From the NCBI GenBank assembly GCA_043228905.1, contig JBHGNT010000146.1, positions 1 to 64,000 on the forward strand: DNA of 64,000 nucleotides, given 5' to 3'. The notes under the pieces are model-generated. The model was not told where the DNA came from. It saw only the letters and a list, made by a program, of their open reading frames with translations, and searched no databases. The position numbers and the translations under genes are program-made. This DNA is from Azolla caroliniana. Taxonomy: Eukaryota; Plantae; Polypodiophyta. This document shows, piece by piece, positions 27,601-38,241 of the stretch (position 1 is its first letter; the number at the start of each line of letters is the position of its first letter).

Positions 27601-30600
27601 GTGCTTGGGTCTTTTCTTGCTAGAACTCAAGATACACAGGGAGTCAAGCTCATCAACAAAGAGCAATCACAACTTTCTTTAGCCCCATCAGTACAAAGGG
27701 CTACACAAATGGAATCCTGACCAGGACATAGCAAAGGGGTTACAATAGATAAGGCAATAGCAATTTTTTGTGCATGCAGGCCTTGGCCTCATGGACGATG
27801 ATCTCACCACCCTTGTCATTAAGAGATAAAGGCTATTATCTCCCTCCATCTAGGTGCTTCCCTCGCTTCAGAGACCTCTCTATCTGGATCGACCTATGCC
27901 AGAGATATTTTAAAGACAGCAGTTACAATATATCTGCCTTGAGAATCTTACACTTACCAATAACAAGATTCTGTCGTCACTTTTTTACTTTTTTTTCTTG
28001 CTTAGCAACATTTATTTTGGTTTGTTGTTCTCCAAACAAGAGAACACTAAAGATACAATCTCTTGCTTGGTCTTATATGCCATTTCAGCCTCTTATAAGA
28101 TATCAATATATATTTCTTTCTTACTTGAATAGGAAGCTTTTATTTTTTTCCATGTCCGTGAAACAGATGATCAAGTCTTTAGCCTAGAAATCATCTCTTC
28201 CGTTTTTCCTCTCTTAATAAGAATCATGGTTGCTACTGGGTGGTATTTTACATGCCATTTTTTCCTCTAATATTAAGAATTGTGGTTCTGAATGAGTAAT
28301 AATGGGAATTCTTGTTTTAATCTTATCATGTTAATGAAGATCTCTGTAAAGCACTGCATTTATTATAGTGCATACATTCTAAAGAGAAATACGTAGAGTG
28401 TTATATTTTGTTCTGCTATAGTACCTTTGGGGTAAAAAGGTTGAAGTATTCATCATGCAGATTGTTTATTTAAACCAGTATTTTGCATCCATACATGCAA
28501 CACACATTAACAAAAATAGATTGAATAATTTTTATGGTAAATACTATATATATATATATATATAGATAGATAGATAGATATATCAGATATTTTTTTCGCA
28601 ATTTTACGTCAAGATCGATGATACAAAACTTGGAATCTTTTACAGGTTTTCACATTGGAATTGTTTATGAAAGTTATTGCGTTTGGTTTTCTCTTTACCC
28701 CAGATCCTTATCTTGGGGACTTATACAATTTTCTAGACCTTTTTCTACTCCTTTTGGATGCACTGTTTTTGGTACCAAGTTGGAACCCTATGCAGCTCAC
28801 GGTTGTTCGTATTCTTAGTTCACTCAGACCATTACGTTTATTATGTCGTATACAAGGGATGAAAGTATTGACAACAAATTTGCTGCGCACTTTACCTGCA
28901 GTGACGTCAGTGTTGGCATTTACATTAGCAGTTTTCTCAGTTTTTGCTGCTATTGGCATTGAGATTTTTCATGGACGTTTCTCATCATGCAGTTCAGATG
29001 TTGATCATAAAGCTTATTGTGTTGGACCAGGCATGAACAATGGTCTAATATTAACTCCACGTGTTTGGGATAATCTCCCTTTTCATTTTGACAACTTCCC
29101 TCATGCTCTTTTATCTCTTTTCGTCGTATCAACATTTGACAATATACAAGTATGTGTTTGTTGTAATAATAATTCAAATGTATTAAGTAACTGGCATAGC
29201 TATAAAAGATCATAGATTAGGTAAATATAATAAGACCACTAATTGAATCATGTACCTAATGGTGATTACAAAAGAGTGTTTACATCCCTTTACGTCATAA
29301 GGCTCTGTAGGAGATTTCATTCTTTCTATTGTCTTCATTTATTTTGTGAAAACTGGACTATGTTAAACCTAAACCCATTTTCCATGTTATGGCTGTACAA
29401 TTGAAGTGTTATTCTAGTCCTAAGATTATATTCGTAGATGACACAGGGTTTTTAGTGGATATCCAACATTCCATCAATGACCAATGATGTAAGTAATTTA
29501 TAGAGCTGAATAGATAATTTAAAATTAAAGTAAAATATTTTCTTGGAAAATATTTTTGACCAGTATCATTTCAGCTTACAGTACTTAATGAGATATTTTT
29601 AGAAGATGAAGAGGAAAACATTCCCGATTTTCCAAATTACAACAGAAACCTCATGTCTCATGCAATGTATCTCTCAAGTCCAGCCATCGTGGTTGGTGAT
29701 CAATAACATTTTGTAATCATTGAGAGTAATGCAAGAGAATAGTTAAATGTGAAATCAAAACTTGGAGGATATACAACTTGAAAACATGGACAAGATTCAA
29801 AATAAAAAAACAAAGCCTTCGAATTCGTATAGAAAAAATGTGGAGGGTACTACCTATTCAAATTCATATCAAGAAAGAGAAAAGAATGTTTTGTGAATCA
29901 TGGAAACGATTTCATCTCACATGTCCTCATGAGAGTCCTTTGTTTCACTGCCTCCCTGTCCATACATAGGAGAAATTAGGTAAGGAGAGGTATTAATGTT
30001 TTGAAAGAAAAAGAAAAGAATGTGTTGTGAACCATGGAAAAGATTTCATCGCACATGTCCTCATGAGAGTCCTTTGTTTCGCTGCCTCCCTGTCCATACA
30101 TAGGAGAAATAAGGAAATGAGATGTATTAATGTTTAGAGAAGACTAAAATGTCCTACAATACCCGTTAGGTATTACAAGTAAAAATATTATTCCTTATAT
30201 GGTTATAAAAACGACAAAGAAGACATTAAATAATATGATGTGTTTATTTGATTATATGGCTGATATAGCTCACTATACAAGCTCAAAATTGATCTTATGT
30301 GTGTAGCTTGGCTTCATTTATCCAGCCATGGATATCCGAGGATCCAAAGGAACTCAACCTGCCAGGGACAGCAGTCCCTTGCACAGTTTCTACTTCATTG
30401 CTTTTGTATGTGTTGGTGGTTTCTTCATCCTCCGCATGTTTGTAGGTGTCTTCATTGACCAGTTTGGATTGATATCAGGCTCAAAACTTCTTACTGAGAG
30501 GCAAAAGCTTCTGAGAGATACAAACAGGATTATTCAGAGCATGAAACCTCTTCACAAACTGAAAGATCCACCATCAAGAGTTCAGAAATTTTGCTTCAGG

Positions 30601-33600
30601 ATTGTTACAAGTCCGATGTATGGTCCAGTAATAAGAGGGGTTGTGCTTGTCAACTATACATGGCTTTCTTCACATTTCGCAGGACAACCTCCAGTACTAA
30701 CTGCCCATCGCAATCGTATTGAAGCCAGCTTCGCAACATTCTATGTTATAGATGTTCTTGTGAAGATAATCGGTCTTGATGTGAGTCTCTTTAGTGCCCT
30801 ACGTTCAATCATATTTATTTTGGTTTGGGACATAATAACTGTTGTTTAATACACTTGTGACAATGATTCTTATGTATAGAGTAGAAATTTGTGAACCAAG
30901 ACATAGAGCACACAACTTGAACTATATCATGGGAGTAAAGCATCAGTTTCCCACGATATAGTTCAGGCAGAGATGGAAGCAGCCCCATATTGACTGAGGC
31001 ATTATTCTGATGACCATGATTTGGGAGCTTTGAAACAAAGGCCCTGAAAACTGGTACTTATATTATCAAAATAACCCACGGACCATGTAGATAAGTCATT
31101 GGTGGTCTGCTGAAATGCAACAGTGGTTCCAATCAGATGGCATAAATATAAATGCAGTACCCATTTTCCAATATATCATGGATTGTCCACTTTTAGACAT
31201 GGACAAAGTGGAGAAGAATACAATGATCCAAGCTGATATCATTACATTGGATCATGAAAGAACATGGATCAACACGTTTCCATCATCCTTGTCACTAATA
31301 GATAGATGCCATTGCCACCTGGCACCAAAGGTGCTACCCTCACTTCCAAGACCTCTTCAACTTGGGTGGGCCAATGTTAGAGATCTTTAGAAGACAGAAG
31401 TTTTGGCATATCTAAGTTCGGCAAGGTTGTTAGGTACATTAGGTACGGTACGGATACCAAACGTATATAACGTATTAATACGCGTATAGTACCTCCAATT
31501 TTAAAAATACGTTAAATATGTTTTCTTAATATGTTAAATACTTATAAAATACGTAAAATACGTATTTTACGTATAGTACGTTAAATACTTCTAGAATTTG
31601 AAAATTATTTACCTTTCTAAAAAATATCTATAATATTGTAAAAAACATCTATGTTTACACAATTTTGTGATGTACAATATAGTTCTACATCCTAAAATGC
31701 ATATAAGACATTTGAACATTTCACATCCTAAAATACTTGTAGTAATATGGATGTCGACATTCCCTTATTCTATAAATCAGTGTGAGTGTGTATCACGATG
31801 TTCTACTTCAAATTGTAATTATTTACAATTATGGCTTCATAGATTGAGGAATCGTCTACGATTATCACACTCATGGTAGGTTTCTCTTTTCTTCGTTTTC
31901 TTCTTCTTCTTCTTCTATCTACTACAATTATCACACTCAGAGTCAGGACAGGTTCATGTCTGCTTTTCTCTCTTCATCTTCTTCATCTTCTTCATCTTCT
32001 TCATCTTCTTCATTTTCGTCTCTTCTATTCTTCTTTCTTCCTTCCTTTGGCTTCTTTGTCACTAAAATCTTTTTTTTCTTTTGCTTTTTGTTGGGGTTTT
32101 ACTTACATTTTCTTTATAAATACGTATTATACTTGTTTTTTTATAAATACGTTAAATACCGTATTGGACAAATGTACATGATATTTGACTGAACAACATT
32201 GAGATATAGTATGTACTAGGTACGTAAACAACCATGAAGTTCAAAATCTTAAGCGCTTAGATAACTAGATTCTTTACTACCTTTATGTCTAGTTATATTT
32301 ATTTTTGTTTCTTGTTCTAAAAAGCTAGACAACATTTCAAGTGTGATTTTTTGTTCAATCTTATAGGCCATTTGGCATTCAAACAAGGCTTTGTCCCACT
32401 ATGCAAGGTAATGGAATGCAAATACCAATGATACTCGGAACTGTTCATGCTAGAATTCAAGAAACAAAGAAAGACTTTGTTGCAAGACAACAATATAACC
32501 ACACCAACTCATTAACAGAGAACAATCACAACTTTCTTTAGGTCCATCTCATGCTACAAGTCCATCAACGGCTATAGAAGTAAGGTCTCAACAAAGACAC
32601 CCAAAAAGAGTTATAATAGTTCAAGCAATAGCAATGTGTCATGCACGTAGACTGCCACTATGTCAAACATGACCTTGTCACCCTTCTCATCAACAAATGA
32701 AGTGCTTCCCTCTAGACGTCTATCCATATTCAGGCAGCCCATTTTGGATATTTTTCAAAGCAGAAGTTCTAGTTAATCTAAGAATCATAAGTGGTCATAT
32801 CACTGGATTCTTTAGTACCCTATGTTTGGTTATTTTATTTTGATTTGTTCTAAAAGTTGAAATAGGGTTTTGGCCTGATATAAGATGTTAAGATGGCTTC
32901 ATTGTGTCCTTTCTTTTGAGAATCTAAAACTGTTTTATTAATTAATTTATATTTATATTTATTATGGTTTTTCATTTTCCAAGATAAGACAACATTTTCA
33001 GATGTAATATCTGCCATCTTTGCCTCTAGTCACTATCACCAAACTCTATATAGATCGTGTATTACATTACATAGAGAGATTTGGTGGTTTGCAGCATGCC
33101 TAACATGTATATTCATACAAATATTACTATATGCTGATGACATTTTACTTTTCTCCGACTCTTGGGAGGGATGACAATCGCATTGCCTTAAACTCATTTT
33201 GTTGTGAAAATGTTTGTCGGTAAACATAGATAAAACTAAAGTGATGGTGTTTAACATCTCTGGAGACATGTTAGATATAATCAATGATCAGCCCCAAGTT
33301 GTAAATCTATCCCCATATGTGCTCTTAGAGTGCACATTTTGTGATAGCGCCCCAAATGAGGAGCGGCTAGTGTGCAACTCGACCATATGGGTCGATAAGG
33401 TGTTAATCTAGGAAACCGTAGATGCATAGGACACAGTGGATTTAGGAAAGAGCGAAATAGGTAATAGGATTGGCTAGTCAAGTCAACTAGAATATTTTGT
33501 GGGTAAGTTACGATGTACTTAGTCTTGAAGTATGTGCCATTGAAGACACAGTAACAAGATCAGAACCAGAATTCTTATTGGGAGAGGAAAAGGTGGCACA

Positions 33601-36600
33601 TACACAATCCTACACGTACTTAGGACTAAACATTCATAGGGGTTTGATTCTACTTACAGGAAACTGCTTGTGCTTGAATTTCTCAGGGATATGTATCCCT
33701 TGGTAAACTTCAGAGACAATGTTCGCCTATACAGCTCCAAGAGCCACCAACTGAATGGGGGCTATTTGATACAATAGTAACACCGACTCTTCTCTATGGA
33801 ATAGAAACTTGGGGACCGAGTCTCAACGAGGCAAATAACTAGAAATATTTGGTGAGAGCTTTAGTCTCAATGATTGCCCACATGATAAGGAGCAAAGCAT
33901 GGATGCCTATGATATAATTGGGGCTGAGATGGGAGCAGCCCCAATAATCACTGAGGCATTATTCCAATCAGAGACCAGTATCCAAGAGCTCATCAACTGA
34001 AAGATAACATACAACTACTCAAGCTCATCAACAAAAAACGATCACAACTGTCTTTAGCCCCATCCTATTCATGCTGCAAATCAATGAAGGGTTATACAGT
34101 GCGCTTCCAACCAAGACACTGCAAAGGGATAACAATGGAATGGGCAATAGCAATTTTTCATGCGTGGACCACAATCTCACCACCCTTGTCATTGGAAATA
34201 AAGGCCATTATCTACTGCCATCACAGTTGCGTCCTTGCTTTGGAGATCTTTCTATTTTGGTTCAACCTATGCCAGAGACCTTTTGAAGAAAAAAATGAAT
34301 CTATCCTACTTTAGAATCTTACATGTATCAATAAACTATTATTTAGTCATGTTTTATTTTGTTTACTTTATTTTATTTAGTTACATTTATTTTGGTTTGT
34401 TTTCATAGACGAGAAAATTTTAAGATGTAATCTCTGGTTTGGTCTTATAGGCCAATTTGGCCTCTTAAAAAGACGTTAATAAATATGTAAGTTACCTGTG
34501 TGTGCTGAAAACGTTTTAAAAAAACATTATTGAAATATTTCCGGTGCAGGTGCGTGATTTTATATCAGACCCTTGGAATATATTTGAGTTATGCAATGCA
34601 ATCGTTAGTGAAACAATGATAATGCCTGAGACACTATCTTTAAGGAAAACTGTAGGTAGAGTCCCAATGGGAGCAAGAATATTTCGTGTGATTCGTTACA
34701 CTCCTAGGTTGAATAATCTCCTAAAGATAGTGATTGTGAGTATGATGCATATGGTCGACATTATATGGTTATTAGGAATCTTGCTGGTTTCGTTTGCTAT
34801 CATTGGTGTCCAGATGTTTGCAAAACTTAGAGATGGCATCTGCATTGGAAATGAAATGAACTTTTCTTCCTTCACAAATGCCTTTATTACGCTTTTTCAG
34901 GTGCTCCTCTCTCCTTCTTTTATGTTTCATAATATTTGCTCTGCTATACTATGTAAAATGCAAAGATTAAGGTGTAAAGCACCAGATCTCATGTGTTACC
35001 AAATAGCACAACCAAATCATGAGGAATTGATCTTGATGATCATCGAAAATTCATGTTGATTACATAGGTTGTGTACAGAATACTTGTGATTAAAATTCTT
35101 TATGAAATACTGTTTATTTACATTGCTGTCCATATGCTAATTATTCACGTTACTATTATTAAAGCAAAATTAGCATTGCTTTTATGTAACTGTGTTGTTT
35201 TCCTTTTATTGCTTCGTTGATTTCTTGTGAATATTGTTGTGCAGATTATGACAGGAGACAATTGGTCTTGCCTTTTGATTGATACCATGCAACAATTTCC
35301 TTTTTGTACCAAAGATGACCCCATACATGGATCTGAATGTGGAAATAATGCATTTGCACTTTTTTACTTCATTCTTTTTATCACACTGGCCACCCATATA
35401 TTCATGAATATGTTTGTGGCAAGCATTATAGATACAATTACCTTTGGGCTGCTGAAGGAGAAAACCATAATAACACCAGCAAATCTCACAGAATATCAAG
35501 AATTATGGAGTGATAGTGAATTTGATCCATTGAGTAAAGGTTTTATAGGATTCCATAAGCTACGTTCCTTCGTTAATCGGCTTGGCATCCCATTGGGTCG
35601 TCGTCACAATGCTCCAAGCGAATGGTCTCTTTCTATCTATCTCTCTAATTTATTTATTTAGTTATATTATTCTTTTAAGTTTAGAGGTTTTATTACTCTA
35701 AAATAGATACAGGAACAATAGGACGCACATTATGTGTCTGTATCTTTATTTTTTCATTTACTTATTTTCCATGAAAAAGGTGATATTTAAATAAAAATTA
35801 TATAATAAACTGTATGGTGCATGTACAAAAAGCTGTAAGTGGTCACAAAATCTTTATACGAGAGAGAGAGAGAGAGAGAGATTAACGTCTTTTAAGAGGC
35901 CAAAATGGCCTATAAGACCAAACAAGAGATTACATCTGAAGTGTTGTCTTGTCTTTGAGAACAACAAATCAAAATAAAATAAATATTACTCCGTAAATAT
36001 AAAAGTAAATAAGATAAAAAGAGATGAGGGAAGAGAGAGAGAGAGAGAAAGATATATTAACGGCTTTGAAGAGGCCAAAATGGCCTATAAGACCAAATAA
36101 GAGATTACATCTTAAGTGTTGTCTCGTCTTTGAGAACAAATCAAAATAAAATAAATATTACACAGTAAATATAAAAGTAAATAACATGAAGAGAGAGAGA
36201 GAGAATTTAGAATTAGAATTAGAATTCTTATCGTCCATAGAGAGGGAGAGAGAGAGAGAGAGAGTGTGTGTGTGTGTGTGTGTGTGTGGCAAGGCTTGGC
36301 TTGGTAACTATCAAAGCTGTTATTTTAGAGTTACATAGGCAAATGATGGCCTTTTGGAAAATGTGAAGTAGGTTTCATATACCACATGGATATGGTTATA
36401 GTTGGCAATCAATATTGGTGTTACCTATCCCAGATTCCCCAATTGCAGAGTTGGTCGTTGAGGAATCATGGAAAGATTGGTCGTTTGCTACTGAAAAATC
36501 ATTGATACTTTTCGTGCACAGTAATAATGTATACCATAAATTGGTTGAAGATAGAACTTGGTTACTGAAGACTGTTTTAGATACATGACAAATTACCCAA

Positions 36601-38241
36601 TGTTTAAAATGGGTGTGAGTTTTAGATGCAGGATAGCAGTCTCATCTTCCATTTTGTGCAAATGTGTTTCTTTGGCATGTAATGGTGGGTGGGTTGCCTT
36701 TGGCCATGACTTTAAAACGAAGACAGATACGCGTTTTTTCTGTACAGTGATTGAGGAAGATCCCAGACACAGGTTCATTATATGCCCAGTTTCTAAAACC
36801 ATTTGGGTTGTTATATCACAACTTTGGGCATCATTAACTAGCAGTGTTTTGTCACATTTTCAATGGATTTTCATCAAGGCTGTTAGAGCTCTACCCACCC
36901 CACCATATAAGGTTGTATTTTTCTATCTTAGGTATTGGGGGATGTGGTATAATTGGAGCCTGAGAAATGGGTTCTTGTTTGATGAACTTCATGGGGAACC
37001 ACAACAAATACATAGGCTGAAAGGAGAGTTGATTTCCACATCGGCATATTGGATTTCTCTCACCAAAGAAAGGCATAGTTTTTCTTTGTCTCAATATTGA
37101 GATAATACTCACAAGTTGCCTCCCCATTTCACTTTACCCATAAAAGTGTTTTCTTAAAGCCTAGTTTGCATTGCATTCTGCAGTTCAAAGGAAGTAAGAA
37201 CATAGGGTGAATTGTGCATGGAGCTTTTTGGGCCAGTGAAGAATTGATAATCTCACTCTATAGTTTCTAGCAAAACTTCTGTTAATGTATGTCTGCTATA
37301 ACTGTAAATCCATAAGCACTATATCTTGCCTGGACAATTTTGGATTTTTGTAGATACTGTAGTTTTGTAATTTCTGAAATTGTATACTTTGTTAAACTAT
37401 AGAAAGAACTCCTTTTTTAAAAGTGTTCAAAGGAAAATGATTGTCCATGGTTGGGATTCTACAAATTCAAATGCTTTTGTCATTTCTTTATTTTTTTTAA
37501 CTTAGAACTTTTAATGCATGTAATTTTTCAACAAAAACATTATAAGGAATATAAATGTCATAGTGAAGGATTCACATATATAAAATATACAGATGTTAAA
37601 GAATTTATTCAAGTTTTCAAGTGCCATGGTAGTTGTATTTGTTCATCTTACAGGTCTAAATCTGAGACACTAATTAAAGCTATTTGAATGTCGTAGGTAT
37701 GCACGAATAGAATGGGAAGTGCTTTCTTTTCATGTACGAGGCAAAGGAGTGGGATTTAGAGAGCTTCTTGAGACATTGGCATTATATAAGATTGGTTCTA
37801 AGGTAAACTTTACCATGTTCACCCAGTGAGCAAACGTTGAGATCTTTTTTTTACTAATTTTTGGGTTTCCTTAGAAATTGAATCGACTGATATAATAAAT
37901 TTGCGAAGCGTTTGCCTGAATTTCACACACATAATATTCAGTAGAACATGCATTGAATGCTTATGTTATTCCCACATTTGAAATACTGCAAACCTCATCA
38001 ATTGCAAACCCTTATTATTGACTGTCTCTCTTTTTTCAACTAACTTTTGCATTAGGGATTGGAGTTAGCTATTCGGATCGAAAGAGAGAAACAAGTGCAA
38101 AAGATTTATAGGTATGGTGCCATGGTTAAGATTCAATCAGTTGTGCGAGGCTTTCTCGTCAGGAGAAAATGCAAAACATCAAGAGAGCATGACCAAAAGC
38201 CAAAGGGGGACATCAAAGTACAATCGATGCTTCTGGAATAA
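6657..38241 (+). CDS. Four-domain (4x6TM) voltage-gated Ca2+/Na+ channel alpha subunit-like protein (Cav-like), 24 exons, ~1762 aa
   Basis: Manually spliced exons, all GT-AG with compatible phases, 5289 nt total: 6657-6772, 8051-8288, 8526-8650, 8788-8934, 12762-12869, 12951-13068, 14198-14322, 14885-14984, 15865-15936, 17533-17599, 18969-19072, 19223-19527, 19663-19868, 20140-20229, 21826-21968, 23149-23393, 24871-24997, 25080-25931, 28646-29149, 30307-30780, 34550-34900, 35245-35624, 37697-37802, 38056-38241. Motifs: AFLRNSFNKIDF (DI S2-S3), LRMFRALLTLR (DI S4), NPAYGALAFD..FQVVSLESW (DI pore), RDNFD..TTADMW (DII pore), SLRPLRLLCRIQGMK (DIII S4), FDNFPHALLSLFVVSTFDN (DIII pore), ARIFRVIR (DIV S4), FQIMTGDNW (DIV pore), WSDSEFDPLSKGFI (EF-like), IQSVVRGFLVRR (IQ). 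The first exon is the least certain. Confidence 0.92.
7170..7920 (+). repeat. Degenerate ~115-175 bp tandem repeat in channel intron 1
   Basis: Recurring GAAGAATTATTTCAACATTT..GTTATGCATA..GGATTCTAGCTATAAAACATTC motifs, about 5-6 diverged units. Confidence 0.6.
9200..9700 (+). mobile_element. 3' end of a non-LTR retrotransposon (LINE, RTE/RTEX-like family)
   Basis: Ends in GATGTAATCTCTTGTTTGGTCTTATAGG..CCTCTTAAAAGATGTTAATATATCTTTCTTCTTTC. The same 3' end recurs many times in the window. Confidence 0.75.
10190..11440 (+). mobile_element. Degenerate Ty3/gypsy remnant (RNase H, integrase)
   Basis: Translated fragments RPFEVETNTSDNVIGAIL, WRHYLYG, NHQSLKYF, PLNIPNNKWGSISIYFI, FYGLPMDVVSDRN and HPIFHVGCLR, with frameshifts. 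Confidence 0.8.
11570..11842 (-). mobile_element. LTR-like repeat, copy A (inverted relative to copy B)
   Basis: Reverse complement of 12181-~12480; begins TGTTGAGAATCAAGCT on the minus strand. Confidence 0.7.
12181..12501 (+). mobile_element. LTR-like repeat, copy B (solo LTR)
   Basis: TGTTGAGAATCAAGC...GATTTTTTACA; shared with 11570-11842 and 22230-22548. Confidence 0.7.
16990..17290 (+). mobile_element. LINE 3' end fragment (same family)
   Basis: GATGTAATCT..GTAGGTCATTTTGGCCTCTTAAAAGACATT followed by a TTTC tail. Confidence 0.65.
18150..18502 (-). mobile_element. Two LINE 3' ends in a local ~235 bp tandem duplication
   Basis: AGAAAGAAAG..TATTAACGTCTTTTAAGAGGCCAAAATGGCCTATAAGACC occurs twice, together with the identical flank ATTAAAGTGGTTATATTTTCCCACATTACAATAAGCTTGG. 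Confidence 0.75.
19897..20012 (-). mobile_element. Short LINE 3' end close to the exon 13 donor
   Basis: (GAAA)n tail followed by the family consensus. Confidence 0.7.
20338..20760 (-). mobile_element. Diverged LINE 3' end
   Basis: GGGCCAAAATGGCCCATTAG..AGAGATTATATCTG variant of the family consensus. Confidence 0.55.
22230..22940 (-). mobile_element. LTR (third copy) with polypurine tract and internal 3' sequence
   Basis: On the minus strand, PPT GAGGGGGCA directly precedes TGTTGAGAATCAAGC (22548). The LTR matches 12181-12501. Confidence 0.7.
23590..24395 (+). mobile_element. LINE fragment (ORF2 remnant plus 3' end)
   Basis: LFYGVKTWG-like ORF2 remnant, family 3' end and (TTTC)n tail at 24377-24394. 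Confidence 0.7.
26480..26990 (-). mobile_element. LINE apurinic endonuclease remnant
   Basis: ORF 26635-26919 contains IFYFPP..GDIVLLGDFNTR, the APE endonuclease GDFN motif. Confidence 0.65.
27420..28120 (+). mobile_element. LINE ORF2 C-terminal remnant plus 3' end
   Basis: SHRLNIEVGRY motif followed by the family 3' UTR and tail. Confidence 0.7.
29870..30135 (+). repeat. ~135 bp direct tandem duplication in intron 19
   Basis: AAAGAATGT..CATGTCCTCATGAGAGTCCTTTGTTTC..GTCCATACATAGGAGAAAT occurs twice. Confidence 0.8.
31422..32236. mobile_element. Non-autonomous hAT-like DNA transposon (MITE) nested in a LINE 3' end
   Basis: Imperfect TIRs CAAGGTTGTT / AACAACCATG, degenerate 8-bp TSD AAGTTCGG / AAGTTCAA and AAATACGT subterminal repeats. 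The flanks rejoin as LINE sequence. Confidence 0.6.
33060..34480 (+). mobile_element. 5'-truncated LINE with RT remnant
   Basis: LLYADDILL, VNIDKTKVMVFN, QSYTYLGL and VTPTLLYGIETWG motifs, then the family 3' end immediately before the exon 21 acceptor region. Confidence 0.82.
35860..36290 (-). mobile_element. Two LINE 3' ends embedded in (GA)n/(GT)n microsatellites
   Basis: Family consensus at ~35881-36030 and ~36049-36190, each abutting GA repeats. Confidence 0.75.

Noticed and set aside
31873-32192. Ser-rich and Leu/His-rich ORFs
   Set aside because: Low-complexity (TCTTCA/TCT)n sequence inside a MITE.
36558-37100. 180-aa ORF in channel intron 22
   Set aside because: Non-ATG start and no recognisable motif; not needed for the channel frame. 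Probably a decayed repeat.
6657-38241. Alternative reading as TPC1 or as two adjacent two-domain channels
   Set aside because: All four repeats join in one reading frame with no stop or new start. There are no cytosolic EF-hands between DI and DII as in plant TPC1, and the III-IV linker and IQ tail are of the 4-domain type.
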